The notes below the pieces were generated by a model, which worked only from the letters and a program-made list of their open reading frames with translations, had not been told where the DNA came from and ran no database searches. A stretch of 64,000 nucleotides of DNA, from the IMG/VR virus record IMGVR_UViG_3300044675_005263, positions 41,347-105,346 of that record. One strand, 5' to 3'. Origin of the DNA: a virus. This document shows positions 27,733 to 36,282 of the stretch, piece by piece. The position numbers and the translations under genes are program-made. How positions within the stretch are numbered: the first letter of the stretch is position 1; every line of letters begins with the position of its first letter.

Positions 27733-28066
27733 GCATGCAATTGGTGAGCTCAGTCTTATCAAAGAAGACACAAAGATTATCCTTTGGTATGTCTCAGTTA
27801 TTGAAGCATTCAATATTATGCAGCTTGGCCCTGAAGCAACAGACCATTGCATAGGAACTCTTAACCGCCTACTACGCTACGAGAATCTTGCTCCACTTAC
27901 AGATGAGCCTAGAGAGTGGGTTCAAATTGGCGATGAACTGTGGCAAAGTATTCGCAATCGTGATGCTTTCTCCAATAATGGTGGAAAGACCTATAAACTT
28001 TACTCTGTCAATAATGACGTCGAGCATGAGACTATGAAGATGGAGCAAATAGATGTTGAGTCCTAG
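27653..28066 (+). CDS. hypothetical phage protein
   Basis: HAxxEL...LAPLTDEPREW...WQS.R..DAFS; start uncertain. Confidence 0.7.
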   Translation: MAKQRKVGGSSTTKGGVIPTNLSDLSKHAIGELSLIKEDTKIILWYVSVIEAFNIMQLGPEATDHCIGTLNRLLRYENLAPLTDEPREWVQIGDELWQSIRNRDAFSNNGGKTYKLYSVNNDVEHETMKMEQIDVES

Positions 28067-28283
28067 ATTTGCTAAAGTTATGTTGGCACACTACAGAAAG
28101 GAAAACCCAGTGGGAATAGCAGATAGCAGCAGGTTTGCAAAGTATTTAGAGCCTAAGTTCGGTTGGGGTCATGCTCAGTTTAAAAAAGATCTTGCAGATA
28201 AGATTGAAAAATCTAAAATTGATCCATCATGGAGACCTGACGAAGTTCTTCGCTATGTTGCTAAGATGGTAAGAGATTCTTAA
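28053..28283 (+). CDS. hypothetical protein
   Basis: GGAG RBS. Confidence 0.6.
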   Translation: MLSPRFAKVMLAHYRKENPVGIADSSRFAKYLEPKFGWGHAQFKKDLADKIEKSKIDPSWRPDEVLRYVAKMVRDS

Positions 28284-28552
28284 TCTTCTAAGGGCATAGT
28301 TCGCACAGAAAAGCGTGGCTTCAAACTCTCGTCATAGTTAACATCTAGAAGTCCCAGCTTAAATAGTTCCATAAGACCATCATCTAGATCACGCATCCAC
28401 AAATCATAAAATGGTGGACAGACTTCCTTCATTACAGGAGGATCCATAAAATAAAGATCTTTACCATTCTCATCAACTCCACCAATATAAAGAGCTCCAG
28501 CCTCTAAAAGCATGGCAACAAGAGCTTCCTCTTCAGGAGTTGGTTCTATCAT
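28280..28552 (-). CDS. hypothetical protein
   Basis: ATGA-coupled to upstream gene. Confidence 0.7.
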   Translation of the reverse strand: MIEPTPEEEALVAMLLEAGALYIGGVDENGKDLYFMDPPVMKEVCPPFYDLWMRDLDDGLMELFKLGLLDVNYDESLKPRFSVRTMPLED

Positions 28553-28791
28553 TCGTCTTCGTCTTCGTCTGGAAATAAATTTGGGTCAGCGACAAATTCG
28601 ATATTGGCTCCTCCATTACCACTTTCTTCAACGAGAAAAGCAACCAATTGGAGAGCTTGACGGTCAGTGAACCCAGCTCTTTTCAAGGACTCAAACATTT
28701 CATGCATGTTGGCAGCGTCTTGGTCTAAAGGGGTCATACCCTCAAACTCAAGATCGTCCAGATTATCTTCTGGCATATCGTTCTCATCCAT
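28549..28791 (-). CDS. hypothetical acidic protein (AGFTxxQAL motif)
   Basis: leaderless-type TAGAGT-N7-ATG. Confidence 0.7.
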   Translation of the reverse strand: MDENDMPEDNLDDLEFEGMTPLDQDAANMHEMFESLKRAGFTDRQALQLVAFLVEESGNGGANIEFVADPNLFPDEDEDE

Positions 28792-28840
28792 AACTAAAAC
28801 TCTACACGCAAACCTAAACTTCTACTTTCTGTACGGGGGG

Positions 28841-28916
28841 ACAAAACACACACAACCCCCTTCCCGGATTTCTTCCGATTCGACTAATAACGGAGTGGAC
28901 GCCGGGAAAATACAAC
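28841..28916 (+). repeat. dispersed element copy 1
   Basis: CACAACCC...TAACGGAGTGGACGCCGGGAAAA. Confidence 0.8.
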
Positions 28917-28934
28917 TTCAGCTATAATCTCCAT

Positions 28935-29168
28935 ATGGCTTACTCACGATTTCTCGAAGCAGATGTCTATGTCTTCATGGCATCTGACTATCTTTACTGT
29001 TGCGCTTGCTGGTTAGACCCTCGATTGGAGCAGTCTGGTTTTGGTGCTACCAATACTCAAGCAATGATTGACCACCTCAAGGAGCACGAAGAGGCAGGTC
29101 ACAGGGTTCCTCCCGCAATTTATGACGAACTTCTTGCAGATGATGCTGAAAACTTTCCAGTAAAATAG
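28935..29168 (+). CDS. hypothetical protein (MAYSRF..DVYVF type)
   Basis: TATAAT-N6-ATG leaderless start. Confidence 0.75.
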   Translation: MAYSRFLEADVYVFMASDYLYCCACWLDPRLEQSGFGATNTQAMIDHLKEHEEAGHRVPPAIYDELLADDAENFPVK

Positions 29169-29172
29169 ATGA

Positions 29173-29421
29173 GTGACTTCGACACTTGCTAAACTTATTG
29201 CTGTCTTTGGGCTATGCCTTGCGCTTACCTCTTGTGGCAAATATAACTTTGAGGACATTTATCGCTATCCATGTCAGGATCCAGCGAACTGGGAAAGCCC
29301 AGAGTGTCTACCTCCCGACTGCGAAGCATTTGGAGTTTGCACTAAAGATGTAATGAGGGGAACACCGCTTTATGATGAAGATTCTGAAAGAGAGGCTGCA
29401 GAAAATGCAAATGCCAAGTAG
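29173..29421 (+). CDS. lipoprotein
   Basis: lipobox LTSC; YRYPCQDPANW..C.PP.C. Confidence 0.75.
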   Translation: MTSTLAKLIAVFGLCLALTSCGKYNFEDIYRYPCQDPANWESPECLPPDCEAFGVCTKDVMRGTPLYDEDSEREAAENANAK

Positions 29422-29689
29422 ACGACCACGTTATACAACAGACGAGATTAATGCTCGCTTACGATTCTATGTTGGCCTCATGCTTGCTCTTACTGTTTTT
29501 GGATCAACAATGGCAATTATCTATGCCGTTACCTTTGTAACTCAGCCACTAGGCGAAGTTCAATCAGAAAATGACAAAGCTTTCTTTACCCTTCTTTCAA
29601 CCACAGTCTCGTTTCTTGTTGGTGTTATTTCAGGCTTCATGCTCAATGGAACATCTGCAGCTGGAGTTAAGAAAGATGAAGACGAATGA
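29405..29689 (+). CDS. two-TM membrane protein
   Basis: two hydrophobic helices; overlaps lipoprotein gene. Confidence 0.7.
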   Translation: MQMPSRRPRYTTDEINARLRFYVGLMLALTVFGSTMAIIYAVTFVTQPLGEVQSENDKAFFTLLSTTVSFLVGVISGFMLNGTSAAGVKKDEDE

Positions 29690-29997
29690 GAGAGACCTCA
29701 TCCAAAGATTTTGCAAAAGACGTTCTTACCTCTAAGGGTAAGGTCGCAGTTGACTTTTGGGCCGAGTGGTGCGGACCATGCAGAATAGTTGCCCCTATCC
29801 TTGAAGCCCTAGCAGAGGACTTTCCAGAGCAGATCACCATTTATAAGGTTAATGCAGATGAAAACTCAGGTTTGACTGCAGAGCTTAAGATTAGCAGTAT
29901 CCCAACCATTATCGTTTTTGAAGATGGAAAAGAAACTAAGAGAATCACAGGAGCAAAGCCAAGAGGAATCCTCATGGATGAATTTGGCTTAATTTAA
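29686..29997 (+). CDS. trxA: thioredoxin
   Basis: DFWAEWCGPC, SIPT. Confidence 0.95.
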   Translation: MRETSSKDFAKDVLTSKGKVAVDFWAEWCGPCRIVAPILEALAEDFPEQITIYKVNADENSGLTAELKISSIPTIIVFEDGKETKRITGAKPRGILMDEFGLI

Positions 29998-29998
29998 T

Positions 29999-31234
29999 AT
30001 GCCAAACAGAAACGCTCACAACAAAGTTGCAAACGTAGCCCAGCATGGTTATGAAAGCTTTCGTACCGACATGTTTGGTCGGATCAAGGTCTCAGAACCA
30101 TACACACTCTTTGACTCCACTCACAGATATGAAAGATCTGGTGACTACAGCGAAGAGATATCTGGTGGCGGAACTGTTACCTATTTAGATAATGAAAGCA
30201 GTCTTTCTCTTAATGTTGGGACAGCTTCAGGAGACAAAGTAACTTTAGAGTCATACAAGGTATTTCCATACCAACCCGGTAAATCTCTACAAGTACTTCA
30301 AACTTTTGTTTTTGCACCGCCTAAAGCTAATCTTCGCCAGCGAGCCGGGTATTTTTCTAGGCAGAATGGTTTCTACTTAGAGCAGGATGGTTCTGCAGTT
30401 TATTTAGTTAAGAGAAGCTATATAAGTGGCTCAGTTGTTGAAACAAGAGTCCCACAATCTCAATGGAATATTGATGCACTAGATGGAGATGGTCCGAGCG
30501 ATATTGTTTTAGATCTTTCAAAAGCTCAAATTATGTTTTCTGAATATGAATGGCTAGGAGTTGGCTCGGTACGCTTGGGCTTTGCTATAGACGGCTACTT
30601 TATCCCTGTTCATATTTTCAATCATGCAAACAGCATTAGCTCCGTTTATATAACTACAGCTTCCCTACCAGTAAGATATGAAATTGAAAACACAGGAGCA
30701 ACTGCATCTGCAAGTAGTTTTAAGCAAATTTGTGTAAGCGTCGTCTCTAATGGTGGATACAGCCACGACGAGTCAAAAATATTTGCTGCAGTTAGAGAAA
30801 CAGAAGTAAATGTAGGAACAACTCGATATCCTCTTGTAGCTATAAGAATGAGGTCAGGTAGGACAGATTCTGTAGTTATGCCAACATTAGTAGATATTGC
30901 ATCTGGAACGGCTGGAGCAGGTATATGGGAGATTATTGAAAATCCTACAACTTTAAATGGTGGAACTTGGTCTACTACGAATTCTAGTAAAAATGTTGAA
31001 TATAGTATTAATATGACAACAATATCTGGAGGAACAGTTCTTCGTCGCAGACTATTTTCTACTTCAAACCAGTCTTCTGCAGAGTCTTCTTCAGAAGATC
31101 TTGCTACTTGGGATCTCCAGCTTGGAAGAACAAATTCAGACACCCCAGTAAGCGATGTCTATGTTCTTACATTTAGAACATTTAAAAGTACTATGGATAT
31201 GCAAGGAATGCTTGGCTGGCACGATCTACTCTAA
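29999..31234 (+). CDS. probable virion protein (lectin-like beta sandwich)
   Basis: DMFGRIKVSEPYTLFDS, YQPGKS, EWLGVGSVRLGF, LPVRYEIEN. Confidence 0.65.
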   Translation: MPNRNAHNKVANVAQHGYESFRTDMFGRIKVSEPYTLFDSTHRYERSGDYSEEISGGGTVTYLDNESSLSLNVGTASGDKVTLESYKVFPYQPGKSLQVLQTFVFAPPKANLRQRAGYFSRQNGFYLEQDGSAVYLVKRSYISGSVVETRVPQSQWNIDALDGDGPSDIVLDLSKAQIMFSEYEWLGVGSVRLGFAIDGYFIPVHIFNHANSISSVYITTASLPVRYEIENTGATASASSFKQICVSVVSNGGYSHDESKIFAAVRETEVNVGTTRYPLVAIRMRSGRTDSVVMPTLVDIASGTAGAGIWEIIENPTTLNGGTWSTTNSSKNVEYSINMTTISGGTVLRRRLFSTSNQSSAESSSEDLATWDLQLGRTNSDTPVSDVYVLTFRTFKSTMDMQGMLGWHDLL

Positions 31235-31364
31235 GGAATCAAATGACTAAGCGTGAACGACTAGATCATAAGGTTCTACAGGAATCTCAAGACTATAAAG
31301 ATCAACTAGATCAACTAGACATTAAAAGCCTGTGGGAAGAGCTAGACCAGCTAATCCCACAAGA

Positions 31365-31444
31365 CACAAAACAAACACACACAACCCTCCCCGGATAATC
31401 TGCCCCTCCCTCTCTTAACGGAGTGGACGCCCGGAAAAAACGAG
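31365..31444 (+). repeat. dispersed element copy 2
   Basis: CACAACCC...TAACGGAGTGGACGCCCGGAAAA. Confidence 0.8.
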
Positions 31445-31446
31445 TT

Positions 31447-31980
31447 TTACTCAGGTTTAAATTGCTCCATCACAATGTATGGAGGATGACTGTATATGTC
31501 ATTCTTTACTGCCAAGTCCATCGCAGTCTTCCAATCAGCTCCCACCATCATTGCACCTAGCGCAAAGCGAGAACCGCTACCAATCCCATAGAAGCCATCG
31601 TCACGGAGCATGACTGTATAGCTCTCATCTACCTCAAACAAAGTCCCACGAATAGCAATCAAAAAGAAAAAGCCAGCATCAGGATCATCTTTTGGAATCT
31701 CATACCCAGCTTCCTTAAGACACTTCTTAATGCTTGGAGCAACCTCAGTAATCATAAACCGATATAGATCAACACCCTCTGGAACCTCTGGCGCTTCCCA
31801 TGTGTACTGAATTAAGTCACAGGCATCAGCATCTCCAGAACCAGCAACTAAGTACTCTCCAACCTGCGAAATCTTCTTCATATCAGGATGCGAGTAAGGT
31901 CTTCCCTTATAGTCCGTGGTACGAGAGTCAGCCACAATCATGCAGCCATGGTCGTTCTGAATGCCGATAATTGTTGTCAT
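31447..31980 (-). CDS. Ntn-hydrolase, proteasome beta/HslV-like peptidase
   Basis: N-terminal Thr (MTTII), ADSR, K, AGSG, IGSGS. Confidence 0.85.
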   Translation of the reverse strand: MTTIIGIQNDHGCMIVADSRTTDYKGRPYSHPDMKKISQVGEYLVAGSGDADACDLIQYTWEAPEVPEGVDLYRFMITEVAPSIKKCLKEAGYEIPKDDPDAGFFFLIAIRGTLFEVDESYTVMLRDDGFYGIGSGSRFALGAMMVGADWKTAMDLAVKNDIYSHPPYIVMEQFKPE

Positions 31981-32045
31981 AGCCAGATCCTAGCATTAAG
32001 ATCCTCTACCTGTTACTATTTTTGCATATAGAAAGGATCGTACAT

Positions 32046-32510
32046 ATGAAAGACCCTCAGCAGCTTGCTATTTTTGATTACTACCAGCCACAGATCGACG
32101 ATATCGCTGATGAACACGGGTACGAATCCCCTGAGTTTATCAAGCTAAGTGGTTGCCCCTGCGAATCAAATCATAGAACTTTACTTGCTTGGTATAAGTG
32201 TAATTTTGTAAAGTATGAGTGGAATGGTGAAAACTCTCATAAAACAGTTGTCGGAGTGCGTGAAGTAGGGGGACCTAACTCTCCTTGGGCGGTCTATACA
32301 AGGATTTATTCTGGTGATTACTACACTGAATACAATGGTAAAAAGAACAACTGTGGATATTATGAATATCAGTTCTTTTGTTTTGATACTCAAAAGGATG
32401 CTCTTAACTACTATCACGAGCTAAGAACTACCACTTGCATGGATTGTTGTCCTTATGGAACACCTTGCAAAAATGTTGCTCCAATACTTATATATGTTGC
32501 AAGATTTTAA
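32046..32510 (+). CDS. hypothetical protein
   Basis: GAAAGGA RBS. Confidence 0.6.
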   Translation: MKDPQQLAIFDYYQPQIDDIADEHGYESPEFIKLSGCPCESNHRTLLAWYKCNFVKYEWNGENSHKTVVGVREVGGPNSPWAVYTRIYSGDYYTEYNGKKNNCGYYEYQFFCFDTQKDALNYYHELRTTTCMDCCPYGTPCKNVAPILIYVARF

Positions 32511-32533
32511 TGATTCTAAGATAGGTTAGTTTT

Positions 32534-33241
32534 GTGAAAGTAGACAAGCTTGAAATGAACGAAAGTCGCCTTCAACGATTCTGGGAGAAGGTAGCCATCA
32601 AAGGCGAAGACGAGTGCTGGCTTTGGCTTGCTTCAGCAAACAGCAGAGGGTATGGATGTTTTGCTTACGAGAAAAACAATATCCAAAGCGCCCATAAGAT
32701 GTCTTGGGCCATGGCAAAAAACAAAAACAAGATGTCAGACCCATCTATGCACATCATGCATACCTGCGATGTCAAGCGCTGTGTCAACCCCAAACATCTC
32801 GAGATTGGAACACCCAAGCAAAACCAAAACGATGCCATCAATCGAGGCATTGCTAGATCTATAGGCGATATTGTTGGAAAGCCTAGCGAACAGAAACTTT
32901 GCAAAAACGGCCACACAAGAAGCCCAGAAAATACAACTTACCGATCCTACCCAGACAGGAACGGAATCAAAAAAACCTACCCTCTTTGCAAGACCTGCCA
33001 CCTAGAACAGCATCGCAACCATGTGGCTCGTATCCCTAAAGAGGTAAAAGCTGCCTACCAGAGGGCATATAGAGCCAGACGCAAGGCAGACACACCCACA
33101 CCCACAACCCTCTCCCCCCTCACTCTCGTCCCGCCTTTAACGGAGCGGGCGCCCGGAAAATCACGTTTTGACACTAGACAAAACCAGAAGGCAGCCTCTA
33201 GAATAAGAAAAGGAGGTAAGACAGCCTCCCCGAAGGAGTGA
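32534..33241 (+). CDS. HNH endonuclease
   Basis: RFWEKV...CWLW...GYG...AH...MHTCD...CVNPKHL...N; CKNGH zinc finger. Confidence 0.9.
   Translation: MKVDKLEMNESRLQRFWEKVAIKGEDECWLWLASANSRGYGCFAYEKNNIQSAHKMSWAMAKNKNKMSDPSMHIMHTCDVKRCVNPKHLEIGTPKQNQNDAINRGIARSIGDIVGKPSEQKLCKNGHTRSPENTTYRSYPDRNGIKKTYPLCKTCHLEQHRNHVARIPKEVKAAYQRAYRARRKADTPTPTTLSPLTLVPPLTERAPGKSRFDTRQNQKAASRIRKGGKTASPKE
33090..33166 (+). repeat. dispersed element copy 3
   Basis: CACAACCC...TAACGGAGCGGGCGCCCGGAAAA. Confidence 0.75.
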
Positions 33242-33429
33242 CGATGGTTTTAGGTTTAGCAGTTGCCTATCTCTTGGGAAAGAGTAAAGGCATTAAAGTT
33301 GTAGTAGAACCAGAAAAAGAAGTTCCCACTGAAACAACTCTTGCACAGAGTTGGTCAGCTTTTGATCAAGACACTAGAAGTTTTGAAGAACTACTAGCAA
33401 ATGCTAGATTAAGGTTAGAGAAAGAATGA
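33238..33429 (+). CDS. small membrane-anchored protein
   Basis: AAGGAG RBS; promoter TAGACA-N18-TAGAAT upstream. Confidence 0.6.
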   Translation: MTMVLGLAVAYLLGKSKGIKVVVEPEKEVPTETTLAQSWSAFDQDTRSFEELLANARLRLEKE

Positions 33430-33623
33430 CAACTACTACAAGAAATATAACTTGCCCACTATGCTCGCAAGAAGCAGAGCTTCGCAGAGCAAACCATTGG
33501 ACTAGATCCCCACGCTACCTAAGACAACTCAACCGACCAGCTTTTCTTAGATATAACTCAAAAGGTCGCACAGATACTTATTTCAATGACGGACACGACT
33601 GTAAGGGAGATACAGGTGAGTAA
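33426..33623 (+). CDS. hypothetical protein
   Basis: ATGA overlap; CPLC. Confidence 0.55.
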   Translation: MTTTTRNITCPLCSQEAELRRANHWTRSPRYLRQLNRPAFLRYNSKGRTDTYFNDGHDCKGDTGE

Positions 33624-33736
33624 CGGAGTAAAGATGAAGAACAAGGCTGTTATATGTCCTGTTTGCAAGGAAGAGATCGAAGTCCGATCAGCCTTTGCTT
33701 ACATGACTCTTTCCAACCATATGAAAGGACATAAGG

Positions 33737-33940
33737 ATGTTGCACTCGACGAGAAATAAAAAGATTGGAAGGTTCCTTGTCGGAGCTGGCGTTTGGGACA
33801 GTTGGGGATTTGGCTTGGACTATTGCCACTACTCAAGGGCAATCACCATCAACTTTATCCATTGGTATGCCTATGCAGAGTATTGGACTAAGCAAGAGGT
33901 TGTAGATGCAAAAGAGCGACAGGAGCACCCAAGTGAGTAG
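33737..33940 (+). CDS. hypothetical protein
   Basis: ORF within a coupled run of genes. Confidence 0.55.
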   Translation: MLHSTRNKKIGRFLVGAGVWDSWGFGLDYCHYSRAITINFIHWYAYAEYWTKQEVVDAKERQEHPSE

Positions 33941-34097
33941 ACCTATCGATCAAACTAAGTATTACGACATCATGGATGATATTCATATCTGTTGTGATGC
34001 CCAGCAGTTTCGCTATGTCTGCAAAGCCCACGGAGAGTCCATGGGCTGCTACTTCTGCACATTCGACTACACGGAGCCTTGCGGGTGCGACGAATGA
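33933..34097 (+). CDS. small Cys-rich protein
   Basis: GTG start with AGGAG RBS; CCD...C..H...GCYFC...C.C. Confidence 0.6.
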   Translation: MSRPIDQTKYYDIMDDIHICCDAQQFRYVCKAHGESMGCYFCTFDYTEPCGCDE

Positions 34098-34360
34098 GTA
34101 AAAACCCAACTGATAAAGAACTTCGGGCTAGAGGCTATATGACCACAGACGAGTTTGTGGATAGGCTTGTCCCCGGCTTGATGGCGTATCTTCAAGGCAA
34201 TCACTCTGAAAGCCTTTGCCACCCAGAGGACTTAATTGGGGACACTCTTTCTTATATTGAAACTGCCTATCTTGTAATCTCTGACTTTGGAGCAAGCCCA
34301 GCTAAGAAACCAAACAAAACTACAATTGAAGCCATATTGGAGGCAAAGTGGATGCAATGA
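34094..34360 (+). CDS. hypothetical protein
   Basis: ATGA overlap. Confidence 0.6.
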   Translation: MSKNPTDKELRARGYMTTDEFVDRLVPGLMAYLQGNHSESLCHPEDLIGDTLSYIETAYLVISDFGASPAKKPNKTTIEAILEAKWMQ

Positions 34361-34615
34361 CCCAATTCTCATACTTTTGCTCTCAATGCCCTGAAAGTGC
34401 TAGAGGCATCGTAAATAACAAAACTTTCCTAGATAGCGACGACTGGTGCTACGCCTGTGGCGCTTCTTGGGAAAAGGTAATGATTGTACGGTCCATAGGC
34501 TGAAAAAGGCATATGAAGCTTATAAAACAGCTCTAAAAACCATACATAGTTAAGTCTAAGTCTGTACATGTGATAGGCTTATTTACACGGGGAATTACCC
34601 CAGAAACGAGGAAAT

Positions 34616-34828
34616 ATGGACATCAACTGGAAACTACCGTTTGAACTAGCATTTCAGATCTCACTATGGGCAGTTGGCTGGATTTTAGTAGCAATCATCT
34701 GCATTATTACTTTTGCTGCTTTTTTGGCTATCGTTAAGGCTTCAATGACATTCTTCAAGAAGAGTGATGAGGCAGCAGCAAAAGCAAAGGCAAAAGCAAA
34801 GCTTCGTTCTGTTAAGACTGGGGAGTAA
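34616..34828 (+). CDS. membrane protein
   Basis: long hydrophobic helix; GAGG RBS. Confidence 0.7.
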   Translation: MDINWKLPFELAFQISLWAVGWILVAIICIITFAAFLAIVKASMTFFKKSDEAAAKAKAKAKLRSVKTGE

Positions 34829-35554
34829 TTGGACCTCACCTTTCGATCAGATGTAGTCGTCGAATTGGTAAAGCACAGTGCTTCAGACCATGACGTGGCT
34901 TTTGCTGCAAAGGTATCTACCCAAGGTGAGAGGTCTTTTCATGGCGCAGATGGGTTCTCAGTAGAAGGAAACGAGAAGCTTGCTGGCTTGATTAACTTCT
35001 TAGCCAGAGAGCGTCATGGTTCTCCCTTTGAGCACTCTATCTTTACCTTCTATGTGAAGGCTCCTATCTTTGTTTGGCGTGAGCATATGCGCCATCGAAT
35101 GGCTTCTTACAACGAAGAGTCAGGTCGTTATCGAGTCTTAGAACCAGAGTTCTATGTTCCAAGTCCAGATCGCAAACTGGTCCAAGTTGGCAAGACTGGC
35201 GCCTATACTTTTGAAGAAGGCAGTTCAGAGCAGATGGCTATCACCATGGTTTCATATAGGAGAACCTGTAAAGAGGCTTACTCTAATTATATGGACATGC
35301 TAGCAGCAGGTGTTGCTAGGGAAGTTGCTAGAGGAGTTCTCCCAGTCAATATCTACTCTTCTGCTTATGTAACTATGAACGCTAGAGCTTTGATGAATTT
35401 CCTATCTTTGAGAATGACTGCTGAAGGATCACACTTTCCAAGTTATCCTCAAAGAGAGATCGAGATGGTTGCCGAAAAGTACGAGCAGATCTTCAAAGAG
35501 ATTATGCCTCTTACCTACGATGCTTTTGTTAAGAACGGAAGAGTAGCCCCGTGA
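34829..35554 (+). CDS. thyX: flavin-dependent thymidylate synthase
   Basis: HGSPFEH, REHMRHRMASYNEESGRY, EVARGVLP. Confidence 0.95.
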   Translation: MDLTFRSDVVVELVKHSASDHDVAFAAKVSTQGERSFHGADGFSVEGNEKLAGLINFLARERHGSPFEHSIFTFYVKAPIFVWREHMRHRMASYNEESGRYRVLEPEFYVPSPDRKLVQVGKTGAYTFEEGSSEQMAITMVSYRRTCKEAYSNYMDMLAAGVAREVARGVLPVNIYSSAYVTMNARALMNFLSLRMTAEGSHFPSYPQREIEMVAEKYEQIFKEIMPLTYDAFVKNGRVAP

Positions 35555-36210
35555 GTGAAGGTATTGCATATTGCTATGCACGAGTATCTACTCAAATGCA
35601 AGCAGAAGATGGCATGAGTCTTGGCGCTCAAGAGAAGCAGTTAATTGCTGCAGCAGAGGCTGCTAACTATGAAGCTGTGATTCTTCGTGAAGAAGGTCGC
35701 TCTGGTAAAAGTATTCAAGGTCGTCCTGTCCTAAGAGAAGCTTTAGAAGATTTAGATGCAGGTAAAGCTCAAGCACTTTATGTAACTCGTCTTGATCGTC
35801 TTGCTCGCTCTACAAGAGACTTTTTAAGTATTGTTGATCGCTCACACAAGAACAACTGGCGACTTGCAATGCTAGATCTTGGTTTAGATACTGCAACTTA
35901 TCAGGGAAGATTTGTTGTAACAATTATGTCTGCTATGGCTGAAATGGAACGTGGAATGATCTCTATGCGTCAAAGAGATGTTCACGAAGATAGAAGACAA
36001 AACAAAAAAGTCTGGGGAGTAGATTTAGGACCACTCCCACAAGTACAAGAAATAATTACAGAAAGAATCTTTTTAGAAAGAGAAGCAGGTCTTTCATATA
36101 AAATGATTGCTGATAACTTAAATAATGAAGCAATTCCAACAGTACAAGGTGGAGCTAAGTGGTACGCCTCTACTGTACGACACGTTTATTTAAGGAAGCA
36201 AAACGCTTAG
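35551..36210 (+). CDS. serine recombinase (resolvase type with short C-terminal DNA-binding domain)
   Basis: YARVST, SGKS..RP, RLDRLARS, AEMER, IADNLN...W. Confidence 0.92.
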   Translation: MSEGIAYCYARVSTQMQAEDGMSLGAQEKQLIAAAEAANYEAVILREEGRSGKSIQGRPVLREALEDLDAGKAQALYVTRLDRLARSTRDFLSIVDRSHKNNWRLAMLDLGLDTATYQGRFVVTIMSAMAEMERGMISMRQRDVHEDRRQNKKVWGVDLGPLPQVQEIITERIFLEREAGLSYKMIADNLNNEAIPTVQGGAKWYASTVRHVYLRKQNA

Positions 36211-36282
36211 TTTATAATTAGTTCTGCAGGTTGGCGACACTAACTTGTAGGAACTATCTACCCTACGCTGGGGGTTTACTAA

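Noticed and set aside
35551-36210. Prophage integrase or transposon
   Set aside because: Too short for a large serine integrase; no att sites, terminal repeats or host genes
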